The notes under the pieces are model-generated. The model was not told the DNA's origin. It saw only the letters and a list, made by a program, of their open reading frames with translations, and made no database searches. A program made the position numbers and the translations under genes. DNA of 64,000 bases from the IMG/VR virus record IMGVR_UViG_3300045988_072631; one strand, written 5' to 3'. Positions 25,253 through 34,496 of this stretch are shown here, piece after piece. The DNA comes from a virus. The stretch's first letter is position 1. Each line of letters begins with the position of its first letter.

Positions 25253-27556
25253 ATGCAAAATGTAAGTGCAGCATATAAAAAGGCCATGAGGCAGCCGATG
25301 CGGAACCGTGGCTACATAACTGCCAGAATCGGAATTATCAGTTCAACGGCACAGGATAACGTAGTTGCAAAAGAATCTGATAATGATTTTGCGTACTTCG
25401 TAAACAACACAGAGGTATTCAAGGATAACACAGTAAGCCGGGTGTACGCCACCATGGAGCAGAATTTCGCAAAGGTTGACGGAACCATGTACTTTCTGCC
25501 GGAGGAATATGAAGGGTACGACTATTACAACAATGGTTTGGTGACGAGTGAGTTGCTAAGTCCCATGTACATTTCCTTTGACGGAAACATTGCGGATATC
25601 AAGGGACTTACAATTGATTTTGGGGAATGCTACCCTACTTCATTTACGGTTCAGTCTGATAATGGTACGAAAACCTATGAAAATGCCGGGAAAATATTTG
25701 TTACTGAGGATACATTTGATGCGGTAACATTCCTGCGGATAACACCGGTAACCATGGTTAATGGACAGGGAAGGATGCGAATTTTTCAATTTACCTGCGG
25801 AATTTCCAACACTTTTTCAAATAAGCAGGTGAAATCATTCACCTATAAAGACTATGTATCGTCCGTATGTGAATCTCTTCCGAGTCAGGATATGACCCTG
25901 ACAGTGGACAATCAGGATTTGTATTACAACCCGGATAACCCGGAATCAGCCGTTGCCTACATGGAGCAGGGGCAGGAGATGAAGGTGTCATTCGGATATG
26001 ATCTGGATGGTGAAGGAACAATTGAATGGGTGCCGGAAATCACCACATTCCTTAAATCGTGGTCAGCGACCGATACAGAAGCCAAATTTACCATGGTTGA
26101 TGTATTTGACTGGAAACTGAATGGAACGTATTACAAGGGTCTGTACCGCACGGAGGGCATATCTTTGTATGATCTGGCACTGGATGTTTTGACAGATGCC
26201 GGCATGAAGCCAGAAGAATATGTGATCGACCCGTATTTGCATGATGTCAAGGTATGCAATCCTATGCCTGCGGTAAAACATTCGGAAGCCCTGCAGATCA
26301 TATCGAATGCCGGACGCTGTGTTTTAAGCGTCGATAGAAAAGGAAGGGTACTAATCAGATCATCTTTTATCCCGGATATGACTTCCAGTGCCGGAATAGA
26401 TTTGCTGTATCCAAGTAATTTCCTGTATCCGGGAGAAGATGTACTACCGATAGGGGACAACGGAACGGCAGCGCAAACAGGATTCAGCCATGCAGAAAAT
26501 GTTCTGAAATCCGGAGAGCGGACAGCATATGCAATGTTCAGTAACGATTTTTCCGTGGTAGATGGAACGGTGATGTTTCTTCCGGAGTCAGAAGCGGATT
26601 ATGTTGATACGACTGGATATGTCAGTGACAGCATAGCAGATGAAAACGGGGAGTTTGAGGACATACCAAAAATTATCATCGAATTGGAGTCTGGATATAT
26701 TTGTTACGGTTTTGCTATTCAATTCCGGAATGTGGCACCTAAAGAATACCACGTAGTAACCTACTATCAGAAAGAACAGGTGCAGGATGTAACGGTCGAA
26801 AATCCTGGATTATACAGCCAGTACACAGAACAGCTTGACCGGTTCGACGTCATGGAGATTGTGTTCAAGAAAGGTTACCCAAATGCCAGAGTGGCGGTTG
26901 ACTCGGTATTGTTCGGAAATGCAACAGATTACACGCTGTCAAGAGATTACAATTTGAAGGGTTCACCGACTGCAACAAGACAAGAAAGAGTCAAAACGAT
27001 TGCAGTTAAGCGAAGCCTTTACAGAAATTCTACATTGGCAATTAAAGAATTATCGTCAGAAGAACTCACACTGGCCGGAACAGAGATCACGAAAACGATT
27101 CATTTTAGCAAAGCGTCATACGGTCTTACAGTGTCAGTAGAAGAAGGGAACGCAACGGCAGCGATTACTGTCAGCAGCAACTACTTTGCAGATATTAAGA
27201 TCACAGGAACAGCCGGTGAAAAAATCAGATATTCTGTCAAGGGATATGAATATGTTGTGGATGAACTGTATTACAGAATCAACCACAATGACACGGGTAT
27301 TGAAAAAGCATGGAGCAATCCACTTATCAGCACAGAAGAGTTGGCAAAAGATCAGGAGGAATGGCTTGCATCCTACTATCTGGGTGATGTAGATTATCAA
27401 ATTTCGTGGAACGGAGATCCGAGAACAGATGCGAATGATCTTTTCTATCTGGAATTAAAAGAAAGAGACAACACGATGATACGAGCCTACCAGAATGAGC
27501 TGAAATATAGCTCCGGATGGTCAGGCACTTTAAAAGCAAGAAAGGTGGTGCTGTAA
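25253..27556 (+). CDS. tail tip / Tal-like protein
   Basis: 767 aa; position after the Dit-like gene. Confidence 0.6.
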   Translation: MQNVSAAYKKAMRQPMRNRGYITARIGIISSTAQDNVVAKESDNDFAYFVNNTEVFKDNTVSRVYATMEQNFAKVDGTMYFLPEEYEGYDYYNNGLVTSELLSPMYISFDGNIADIKGLTIDFGECYPTSFTVQSDNGTKTYENAGKIFVTEDTFDAVTFLRITPVTMVNGQGRMRIFQFTCGISNTFSNKQVKSFTYKDYVSSVCESLPSQDMTLTVDNQDLYYNPDNPESAVAYMEQGQEMKVSFGYDLDGEGTIEWVPEITTFLKSWSATDTEAKFTMVDVFDWKLNGTYYKGLYRTEGISLYDLALDVLTDAGMKPEEYVIDPYLHDVKVCNPMPAVKHSEALQIISNAGRCVLSVDRKGRVLIRSSFIPDMTSSAGIDLLYPSNFLYPGEDVLPIGDNGTAAQTGFSHAENVLKSGERTAYAMFSNDFSVVDGTVMFLPESEADYVDTTGYVSDSIADENGEFEDIPKIIIELESGYICYGFAIQFRNVAPKEYHVVTYYQKEQVQDVTVENPGLYSQYTEQLDRFDVMEIVFKKGYPNARVAVDSVLFGNATDYTLSRDYNLKGSPTATRQERVKTIAVKRSLYRNSTLAIKELSSEELTLAGTEITKTIHFSKASYGLTVSVEEGNATAAITVSSNYFADIKITGTAGEKIRYSVKGYEYVVDELYYRINHNDTGIEKAWSNPLISTEELAKDQEEWLASYYLGDVDYQISWNGDPRTDANDLFYLELKERDNTMIRAYQNELKYSSGWSGTLKARKVVL

Positions 27557-27557
27557 T

Positions 27558-27965
27558 ATGGCGTGGATTCAGCCTAAAACAAACTGGGCGGTTGGAGACC
27601 GGTTTAATATATCGGATTACAACAGGATTAAAGGAAATCTTAATTTTTTACACGAACGAGCGGAAGAGCTTTACCCGGATTTCAATATTATCAATATGGG
27701 AGCGGATAAAGTGTATGCCGACTATCCATATGCCCGTGAAATCAATAATTTTGAGAAGAACCTGGAAACAATCAACGATAATGTTTATACGCAAGACCTG
27801 GGCGTTACAGCAACTTTCTACAGCAATGGAGCTTTTATCCAGTGGGACGAACTGAACCGGATAGAATCAGCTATGCTGAGCATCTATGAAATGTTGAACA
27901 GGCAAGAAGCAGGATTGCCAGTGCTATCGTTCAGGCTGGGTGGAATGAAAGGAGTGAGAGTATAA
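27558..27965 (+). CDS. tail-associated hypothetical protein
   Basis: ORF track; coupled (taATATG). Confidence 0.5.
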   Translation: MAWIQPKTNWAVGDRFNISDYNRIKGNLNFLHERAEELYPDFNIINMGADKVYADYPYAREINNFEKNLETINDNVYTQDLGVTATFYSNGAFIQWDELNRIESAMLSIYEMLNRQEAGLPVLSFRLGGMKGVRV

Positions 27966-28421
27966 ATGGCATTAAAGACGGATTACAAAGATGATATCAT
28001 TGCAACGGGTACGCAGAGAAAGTATACACAGACAACTAATTCTGATGGTACAGTGTCGTTCACAGATTCTACAGAGTATCAGCAGACCGGTGACACCTTT
28101 GGAGCAAAGGATATTAACGCAACCAACGTTGAAGTGAATAAACTGGAAGGAGTTAAGTCGGTGACTCTGAAAGCAAACGAATGGACAGGCTCGGCAGCTC
28201 CATATCAGCAGATTGTGACGGTTGATGGAATTAGATCGACGGATTCTCCGGTGCTTGTCAGCTTGCTGGCAGACGGGGCATCTGAGGCAACACAGAAAGC
28301 ATACAGTAAGGCATTCGGAATTGTATCTTCTGGAACTGGTTCAACTTCTGATGGCAGTGTTACATTCAAAGTATACAAAAAGCCAGCCACAGACATTACG
28401 GTTGGTTTGAAAGGAGTCTAG
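27966..28421 (+). CDS. tail-associated hypothetical protein
   Basis: ORF track. Confidence 0.5.
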   Translation: MALKTDYKDDIIATGTQRKYTQTTNSDGTVSFTDSTEYQQTGDTFGAKDINATNVEVNKLEGVKSVTLKANEWTGSAAPYQQIVTVDGIRSTDSPVLVSLLADGASEATQKAYSKAFGIVSSGTGSTSDGSVTFKVYKKPATDITVGLKGV

Positions 28422-28424
28422 GTT

Positions 28425-29276
28425 ATGGGAACTATTTTAATGCCGGGCGGCGGTGGCGGAATTGATCTGGATGTTGTTACTGCTGCGGCTGGAGATGTTT
28501 TAAATGGAAAAGTAATTGTTGGTGCAGATGGAGAGCCATTGACAGGAACGCTTGCTTTAACAGGAAATGCAGGTACGGGAGATGTACTGTCCGGGAAGAC
28601 GTTCTACAATGCCGATGCAAAAACAAAGCGCACCGGAACAATGACAAATCAGGGTGCAAAAACAGCGTCTCTTAACTGCGGGGGAAGTTATACGATTCCT
28701 GCTGGTTATCACAATGGATCTGGAAAAGTATCAGCAAAAAGTTTGTCTTCTCAGACCAGAGGAACTGCGTCTGCCGGAAATATTTTAACAGGTAAGACCG
28801 CTTGGGTTAATGGAAACATGATAACTGGCGCAATGAGGGATTATTCAAATGTTGAGCAAACAGCCACTATAGAAACGTCAGATCAAACAAAATCATGCTA
28901 CGGAAATGATGGAACTAATATAAAAGTTGTTCCTGCAATTGGTTATTGGGGTTCATGGACATTCAATAAGTGCATAAGTATTCCATTAAACAGCATTATA
29001 AAAATTGCTAGCGGTGATTGGACTGCTGGAACAGCAGGTTGGTGCGGATTCAAACCAGATATTGTATTTTTCCGAGGAAATGTGTCCGGTTCACAATTTC
29101 CAATAGGAATATATTGTAACGTAAATGGAATGTATATTAATGTGGTAGAAGGACAGTCGCAATCACACTATGGAGACAATATTTATGTAACTGATACTGG
29201 ATGGGCATATCATAACAGCATGGCATATATTGATGGAAAAGCTATTAAGTATGTTTGCTTAAAAATTACACCATAA
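28425..29276 (+). CDS. tail fibre / receptor-binding protein
   Basis: Gly-rich N-terminus and three GDVLxGKxF...TGTM repeats. Last gene of the structural block. Confidence 0.6.
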   Translation: MGTILMPGGGGGIDLDVVTAAAGDVLNGKVIVGADGEPLTGTLALTGNAGTGDVLSGKTFYNADAKTKRTGTMTNQGAKTASLNCGGSYTIPAGYHNGSGKVSAKSLSSQTRGTASAGNILTGKTAWVNGNMITGAMRDYSNVEQTATIETSDQTKSCYGNDGTNIKVVPAIGYWGSWTFNKCISIPLNSIIKIASGDWTAGTAGWCGFKPDIVFFRGNVSGSQFPIGIYCNVNGMYINVVEGQSQSHYGDNIYVTDTGWAYHNSMAYIDGKAIKYVCLKITP

Positions 29277-29283
29277 ATCAGCG

Positions 29284-30042
29284 TTACAACACATACGCCA
29301 CATAACCAATAACATCATCAACATCACCTTCTGAGCATCGGGATCTGTTATCTCTGATGCTCACATATTCAAATTTTCCATTTCCGCAAGGATTTCTGCG
29401 GGCAATGAACACATTGTCCCCGTAAATGATGATGATATCCTCGGTAGGACGTGGATTGCGGTCATTGGCAATCAGGAGAATATCATATGGAGAATAGTGC
29501 GGCATATAGTTGTCAACCGATGTTTTTATACCCATAAAAATTTGCGGCTTGATATTTTGCGGAATATCAGTGATATCAAGGAATTCAAACTCGCCGGAAA
29601 TATGTAACGTGCCGTCTGGATGTTCCTCCAGATTCATCACAGGGACAGTTTTTCTCCCTTGCCGGAAACCGCCCAAAGAAAGATCATATTGCCTGCGGAC
29701 GAACCAGCGCACAAAATACTGATAGTGTTCAGGCATTTCACGGAACATAGAAATGCAGTCCATGTCCTCTTCGGAAATAGTGTCAAGTCCGATTAGCTCA
29801 TCCACTGTAACACCTATAGCCTTAGCTAAGAGGGCGGCAGTGGACAGCTTGCAATCTTTGGAGTTCTGGTACAACAGATTTTTAAGCGTGTCAAATGAAA
29901 TACCGGCTGATTCAGCAAGTTCATGAATGGTAATATCTGAATACTTTAAGCAAATATCCAAATTGTGACGCAAATTATCTGTAAAGACAGTGTTTTCTCT
30001 GGTAAAATGTCCAGATAATTTATACAAATTTTCTTTTTTCAT
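29284..30042 (-). CDS. XRE-HTH regulator with a degenerate S24 (LexA/CI-like) C-terminal domain
   Basis: N-terminal HTH ITIHELAESAGISFDTLKNLL. The C-terminus aligns to the S24 fold, but VDNYMP replaces GDSMxP and IARR replaces the K-containing motif. Confidence 0.6.
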   Translation of the reverse strand: MKKENLYKLSGHFTRENTVFTDNLRHNLDICLKYSDITIHELAESAGISFDTLKNLLYQNSKDCKLSTAALLAKAIGVTVDELIGLDTISEEDMDCISMFREMPEHYQYFVRWFVRRQYDLSLGGFRQGRKTVPVMNLEEHPDGTLHISGEFEFLDITDIPQNIKPQIFMGIKTSVDNYMPHYSPYDILLIANDRNPRPTEDIIIIYGDNVFIARRNPCGNGKFEYVSIRDNRSRCSEGDVDDVIGYVAYVL

Positions 30043-30241
30043 AGTGTTCCGTCCTCCCTCTTTAAAGTGTTAAAATATGATTGTCTCAAAAAAGAGACAT
30101 CAACTTCCGGCTGGGGGAACACTAATCCGCATGGTGTTTCCCCATACGAATAGCTTACTTTTTTCGGGAAAATCTGTCAATCTTTTCGCATACATAACCT
30201 TTCTGCAAAATCCGACACGATTCGACAAGATTTGATTGATA

Positions 30242-30271
30242 TTGACAAAATAAGAACATATGTTCTATAAT
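30242..30271 (+). promoter_or_regulatory. promoter TTGACA-18-TATAAT containing a Cheo-type LexA box
   Basis: AGAACATATGTTCT (30253-30266) has the form GAAC-N4-GTTC and is a perfect palindrome lying between -35 and -10. Confidence 0.65.
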
Positions 30272-30322
30272 TATGTTAAGCTACTTTACGGCACATGCGG
30301 ATTTCTGATGGGAGGGTTTTTA

Positions 30323-30451
30323 GTGAATGAGAAGGAAGAGTACAGGAAACAGATCATCGAAATGATTGAGAATGTAAAAAGAAAAGATATTCTATTATAC
30401 ATTTTTAATATTACAAAGGATATTATCAAGGAGGATAAAGAAAATGAGTGA
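30323..30451 (+). CDS. small acidic/basic helical protein (42 aa)
   Basis: GTG after GGGAGGG. Internal start of track ORF 30260-30451. Confidence 0.4.
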   Translation: MNEKEEYRKQIIEMIENVKRKDILLYIFNITKDIIKEDKENE

Positions 30452-30701
30452 AAATTTATCAAATATTGTAATAAAGTCAAACGAAGAGAAGGGATATACA
30501 GAGATTTTTGTTGATGGGCATAAATTAAAAGGGGTTCGTAGTTTTGAGCTTAAAGAAGATGTCTCTGGCGCACCAACATTAACCGTAGACCTAAATGCCA
30601 TAAATTTAAGCGTGGACTGCTTGTGTTTTATGCGTCATAAAGGCTACGGTGATATGAAGATAACATTCATTGATGATGTTGGACACGAAATGGATATATA
30701 G
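30444..30701 (+). CDS. small protein, paralog of 32903-33178
   Basis: GYTEIFVDGHKLKGVRSFELKEDVSGAPTLTVDLNA versus GIFTEIRIGGRKIDGVRSYELKQKAGELPVLTIDLNA. Confidence 0.55.
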   Translation: MSENLSNIVIKSNEEKGYTEIFVDGHKLKGVRSFELKEDVSGAPTLTVDLNAINLSVDCLCFMRHKGYGDMKITFIDDVGHEMDI

Positions 30702-30706
30702 TACCA

Positions 30707-30913
30707 TTAGATATTATGTGGTGCTTTTTCCATGATAGGACATTTATTTGCCCGTTTGCATCCATAGGATTTTTGGTAAGAGCAGTCAAAGCGTTCTCTG
30801 GAAAATTTTTCTTTTGTTTCCAGAGTATTGTCACCACAATATGTTACTGAAACGGAGTAGTCTTTCTGTTGCGTAGGACAGAAACCTGTGAAGTCTTTAG
30901 TAATATAACTCAT
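30707..30913 (-). CDS. Cys-rich hypothetical protein (68 aa)
   Basis: ORF track; co-oriented with and downstream of the repressor gene. Confidence 0.45.
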   Translation of the reverse strand: MSYITKDFTGFCPTQQKDYSVSVTYCGDNTLETKEKFSRERFDCSYQKSYGCKRANKCPIMEKAPHNI

Positions 30914-30915
30914 AT

Positions 30916-31257
30916 TTACACCTCACTAAGCACGTCGATAGTATCAATGACGTGCTTTTTCTTTTTATCTGAAAGTTTCATGTATTTTTCCAAGGCGTTT
31001 AACAATTCTTTATCGTTTCTAATGGAAATCCACAGATCAGCTTGCGTTTGTAGCGGAATTTCTTTCTCTTCACCGTTTACAAGATAATCAACGGTTACAT
31101 CTAAATAGTCCGCTAATTTTTGCATTGTTTCTGTTTTTGGATTCGTTTTTCCACGTTTCCAATCGGAAAGAGTCATGTTTGAAACGCCGGTTGCTCTTGA
31201 TACATCGGCATTCTTTAGACCTTTTTCGTCTAGCAATTTCTGGTAATGTTCGTACAT
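30916..31257 (-). CDS. CI-like XRE-family repressor
   Basis: ATG after GAGGTG. LKNADVSRATGVSNMTLSDWKRGKTNP HTH. Divergent from the cro-like gene. Confidence 0.7.
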   Translation of the reverse strand: MYEHYQKLLDEKGLKNADVSRATGVSNMTLSDWKRGKTNPKTETMQKLADYLDVTVDYLVNGEEKEIPLQTQADLWISIRNDKELLNALEKYMKLSDKKKKHVIDTIDVLSEV

Positions 31258-31266
31258 AAAAATCAC

Positions 31267-31455
31267 CTCAAAGAAATTACGGAAAACTTTAAAAATGTTA
31301 TTGACTTTTAAAGAAACCCGTAATATACTAGACCTAGATTAAGGAAAGCCTTAAAACCTAGGTTATATTGGTTAGTTATATATTGTTCTGGTAGATAGTA
31401 TTATAACGGTTTTCCTTAATAATTTCAATAGTTTTTAAGGAAAGGAGTATGAATT
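31267..31455. promoter_or_regulatory. divergent switch region with TTAAGGAAA operator repeats
   Basis: + promoter TTGACT-17-TATACT (31301-31329). TTAAGGAAA at 31339 and 31435, inverted copy at 31410. Palindrome AACCTAGGTT. Confidence 0.55.
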
Positions 31456-31668
31456 TTGAAGCAGGAAAGAAAATATGGAAGTTCTTATGGAAAATTTTGC
31501 GAGATTATCAGCAAAAAAGGGATTACTCCATATCGGGTAGCAACAGATTTAGGCATTTCTCCAATGCTGCTTTCTGATTGGAAAAATGACAAAAGCAAAC
31601 CTAAGTTAGACACTATGGTAATGATAGCTGACTACCTTGGTACGGACGTAAAGCAGTTTGTTGATTGA
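31456..31668 (+). CDS. Cro-like XRE-family HTH protein
   Basis: TTG start 8 nt after AAAGGAG. ITPYRVATDLGISPMLLSDWKNDKSKP. Confidence 0.65.
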   Translation: MKQERKYGSSYGKFCEIISKKGITPYRVATDLGISPMLLSDWKNDKSKPKLDTMVMIADYLGTDVKQFVD

Positions 31669-31699
31669 ACCGGTTTAGTAGAAAGGAGGAATAAGGAAA

Positions 31700-31861
31700 A
31701 TGCAACATGACATTGATGGGTTAAAAGAAGTCCTCTACCAGCAAATTGAGAAACTGGCAGAGGAAAGCAACAGTAATTCTGCTGATGCGGAAACCAAAAT
31801 TCGCATTGCGGGCGAGATTTGCCGTATCGCAGATACGATTATCAGGATTGATGCCGATTAA
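31700..31861 (+). CDS. hypothetical protein (53 aa)
   Basis: ATG after AAAGGAGGA. Below the track cutoff. Confidence 0.45.
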   Translation: MQHDIDGLKEVLYQQIEKLAEESNSNSADAETKIRIAGEICRIADTIIRIDAD

Positions 31862-32082
31862 GTGCGGATTCGATACTGGATATATTTCTTTCTATGGACT
31901 TAAGCTCTACGAGATTTGATACGCTATGTAGACTGCTTAATTTATGCATAGCACAACATTTATACTTGGAAATATACCACGCACAGTCATGTACACAATC
32001 CTTGAAATCGTTAAGAGGACATTTACTTATCTTTACCACCTCCTTTATAGGAGAGTATATCACAGAAAGAAAGTGAGAGGAA

Positions 32083-32880
32083 ATGAACGAATTACAAATT
32101 TTCAAAAATTCAGAGTTCGGCGAAATTCGAACTGTGGTAGATAAGGTAAATAATGTGTGGTTCTGCGGAAACGATGTGGCAAAAGCACTTGGATACGAAA
32201 GAGGAGCAAAAGCAATTTCGGATCACGTAGACACGGAAGATAGACATGAAGTCCCAATTCAGGATTCCATCGGAAGAATGCAGAAGACAGCATTTATAAG
32301 CGAAAGCGGATTATATGCGCTTGTACTTTCTAGCAAATTGCAGGATGCAAAAAAATTCAAACGATGGGTCACATCCGAAGTGCTCCCGTCCATCCGCAAG
32401 AATGGCGGCTACATTGCCGGACAGGAAAACATGACGGACGATGAACTTCTGGCAAATGCAATTCTGGTGGCGCAGAAAAAGATTGCTGAACGGGACAAGA
32501 AGATACAGGAACTTGAAACCGAAGTTGTGGAAATGAATAACACCATTTCGGAAATGCAACCGAAAGTGAACTACGTTGATTTGATCTTGAAAAGCAAGTC
32601 AGCGGTTCTGGTAACGCAGATTGCGCAGGACTATGGGATGTCGGCGAAAGCATTCAACAAGGTGCTGAAAGATTTAGGAGTCCAGCATAAAGTCGGTGGT
32701 CAGTGGATTTTGTACCGGAAGTATCAAGGACTTGGATACGTCCACAGCAAAACGATTGATATTACCAGATCAAGCGGACAGGCAGATGTTGTAATGCAGA
32801 CAGAGTGGACGCAGAAGGGCAGATTGTTTCTGTATGAACTTCTGAAAAAGAACGGAACATATCCGCTGATTGAAAGGTAG
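32083..32880 (+). CDS. antirepressor (Bro-N + KilA-C-like)
   Basis: [35 protein letters not shown] ... [17 protein letters not shown], with a C-terminal DNA-binding-like half. Confidence 0.75.
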   Translation: MNELQIFKNSEFGEIRTVVDKVNNVWFCGNDVAKALGYERGAKAISDHVDTEDRHEVPIQDSIGRMQKTAFISESGLYALVLSSKLQDAKKFKRWVTSEVLPSIRKNGGYIAGQENMTDDELLANAILVAQKKIAERDKKIQELETEVVEMNNTISEMQPKVNYVDLILKSKSAVLVTQIAQDYGMSAKAFNKVLKDLGVQHKVGGQWILYRKYQGLGYVHSKTIDITRSSGQADVVMQTEWTQKGRLFLYELLKKNGTYPLIER

Positions 32881-32902
32881 TCAACAAAAGGAGTGGAGAA
32901 AA

Positions 32903-33178
32903 ATGGCAAAAATCGAAATAAGACAGGTTGATGGGGAAAAAGGAATATTCACCGAAATTCGTATTGGTGGTCGCAAAATTGATGGTGTCAGAAGTTACGA
33001 ATTAAAGCAAAAAGCTGGAGAGCTTCCTGTGTTGACAATTGACTTGAACGCTTTTGAGATCGCGACAGACTTGAGGGTGCTACTTGTTAATCAGGACACT
33101 GCTGGAGAGATTAAAAGCATCAGATTCAAAGATGGGTATGAGGTTGAAATTGGCTCTCCTGTTACAGAGAGCCAGTAA
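32903..33178 (+). CDS. small protein, paralog of 30444-30701
   Basis: ATG after AAAGGAGTGGAG. See the paralog alignment at 30444-30701. Confidence 0.55.
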   Translation: MAKIEIRQVDGEKGIFTEIRIGGRKIDGVRSYELKQKAGELPVLTIDLNAFEIATDLRVLLVNQDTAGEIKSIRFKDGYEVEIGSPVTESQ

Positions 33179-33402
33179 ATTATTTGTTGAGATTTTGAAG
33201 TATGGAACATTGTTTTGGGGTGTGGCAACAACCGGACAATGCTGAATACGGGCAGATTAAACGTCCGTTTTCAAAACGTTGTTCTTCTAAATCAGAAGAA
33301 TCTACCATTTTAATCTCAACAGAATAATTCTTGCTCTGTTTTAGCAAAAAGCATATACAAAAGGAAGATGAAAGGGAACTATTCGTAAAACAGGAGGCAT
33401 TT

Positions 33403-33597
33403 ATGCAGACAGCACCATGCTTAAAGTGTGAACGTCGTGGATGCGGAAGCTACCATGATGAATGTGAGCAGTACAAAGCATTCAGAGCGGAGCAGGATGC
33501 ATTGAGCGAGAAGAAAAAGAAGTTTCGAGGTGAAAATGTTCCAGCACGACATTATAGATGGCGAGAACATTCACCTATCAAATGTCACAAAAAGTAG
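33403..33597 (+). CDS. Cys-rich small protein (64 aa)
   Basis: ATG after ACAGGAGG. CLKCERRGCGSYHDEC. Confidence 0.5.
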   Translation: MQTAPCLKCERRGCGSYHDECEQYKAFRAEQDALSEKKKKFRGENVPARHYRWREHSPIKCHKK

Positions 33598-33606
33598 GAG
33601 GGGGAA

Positions 33607-34083
33607 ATGAAAAAAATGGCAATAGCGGTAGTAATTGCATTCCTGTTGTTCGTCGGTTTTGCCATGATTGCGAATGCCGGGAGCGATCATCAGGGAGACT
33701 GGCAGGAGTACATAGAAAGACTATGCGAAAGCAAGAACATTTCACCGGAGCTTGTGGAAGCCATGATCGAACGGGAGTCTAGCTGGAACCCGGATGCGGT
33801 AAATGGTAACTGCGTCGGTCTCATGCAGGTGGATAAGGAAATTCACTGGGAGTTGATCGGAGATCGGAATATGACTGACCCATACGACAACATTTATGTG
33901 GGAGTAACGATTCTGGAAGAACTGCTTCACAAATATGGCGAAGCGGCACCGGCACTGATGTTCTATAACGCAGGATATTCCGATAATTACGGAATCGGAG
34001 CATATGAGGACGGAACACTTAGCAACTATGCTGAAGAAATTTTAAAGCGTGCAACGGAATTGGAAAGATTGCACGGGAAATAG
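33607..34083 (+). CDS. lytic transglycosylase (SLT domain) with signal/TM anchor
   Basis: ERESSWNPDAV...GLMQV...YNAGY motifs. Hydrophobic N-terminus. Confidence 0.75.
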   Translation: MKKMAIAVVIAFLLFVGFAMIANAGSDHQGDWQEYIERLCESKNISPELVEAMIERESSWNPDAVNGNCVGLMQVDKEIHWELIGDRNMTDPYDNIYVGVTILEELLHKYGEAAPALMFYNAGYSDNYGIGAYEDGTLSNYAEEILKRATELERLHGK

Positions 34084-34093
34084 GAGGAAAATC

Positions 34094-34204
34094 ATGACAA
34101 TTTATATCCCGGAATTTTGGGTAGGCTTTATGGCTTGCATTATTGCAGAAGTTGGTGCTTGCATCGCATACAGCTGGTATCTTTCACGGAGAAAGAAAAG
34201 ATGA
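34094..34204 (+). CDS. small membrane peptide (36 aa)
   Basis: ATG after AGGAGGAAA. One TM helix followed by RRKKR. Confidence 0.4.
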   Translation: MTIYIPEFWVGFMACIIAEVGACIAYSWYLSRRKKR

Positions 34205-34377
34205 AGCAGCCGAAACGCCTAACAAGAGAGCAAAAAGAAGCTGTGGCAGCAGCTAGATTTAATCCGGCTAACTGGATGCTGGTGGATGAAACAGAGTTCT
34301 ATTTAAAGATAATCCACAAGGAAACAGGAATTATTCGGTCGGTGGATAAGTTTAGAAGATTAAATTACAGGAGATAG
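34201..34377 (+). CDS. hypothetical protein (58 aa)
   Basis: ATGA overlap. MKQPKRLTREQKEAVAAARFNPANWMLV. Confidence 0.5.
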   Translation: MKQPKRLTREQKEAVAAARFNPANWMLVDETEFYLKIIHKETGIIRSVDKFRRLNYRR

Positions 34378-34379
34378 AA

Positions 34380-34496
34380 ATGAACATGGAAACTATTACA
34401 TTGCAGGACTGAATTGACAATTATGAGAAAAAAGATCAGGCAGCAGTCATTAACGACGGTCAGGTGCTTGGATTTGAACAGGTGGAGGAAAAATGA
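34380..34496 (+). CDS. small ORF interrupted by an in-frame TGA (34410-34412)
   Basis: AGGAG lies 7 nt before the ATG. MNMETITLQD*IDNYEKKDQAAVINDGQVLGFEQVEEK*. The final stop overlaps the next ATG (ATGA). Confidence 0.3.

Noticed and set aside
31842-32105. 87-aa Cys-rich ORF on the minus strand between two + strand early genes
   Set aside because: It has a TTG start without an RBS, it overlaps the start of the antirepressor gene, and the only AAGGAGG on that strand is not followed by an in-frame start. The 220-nt gap may still hide something, so this rejection is held with low confidence.
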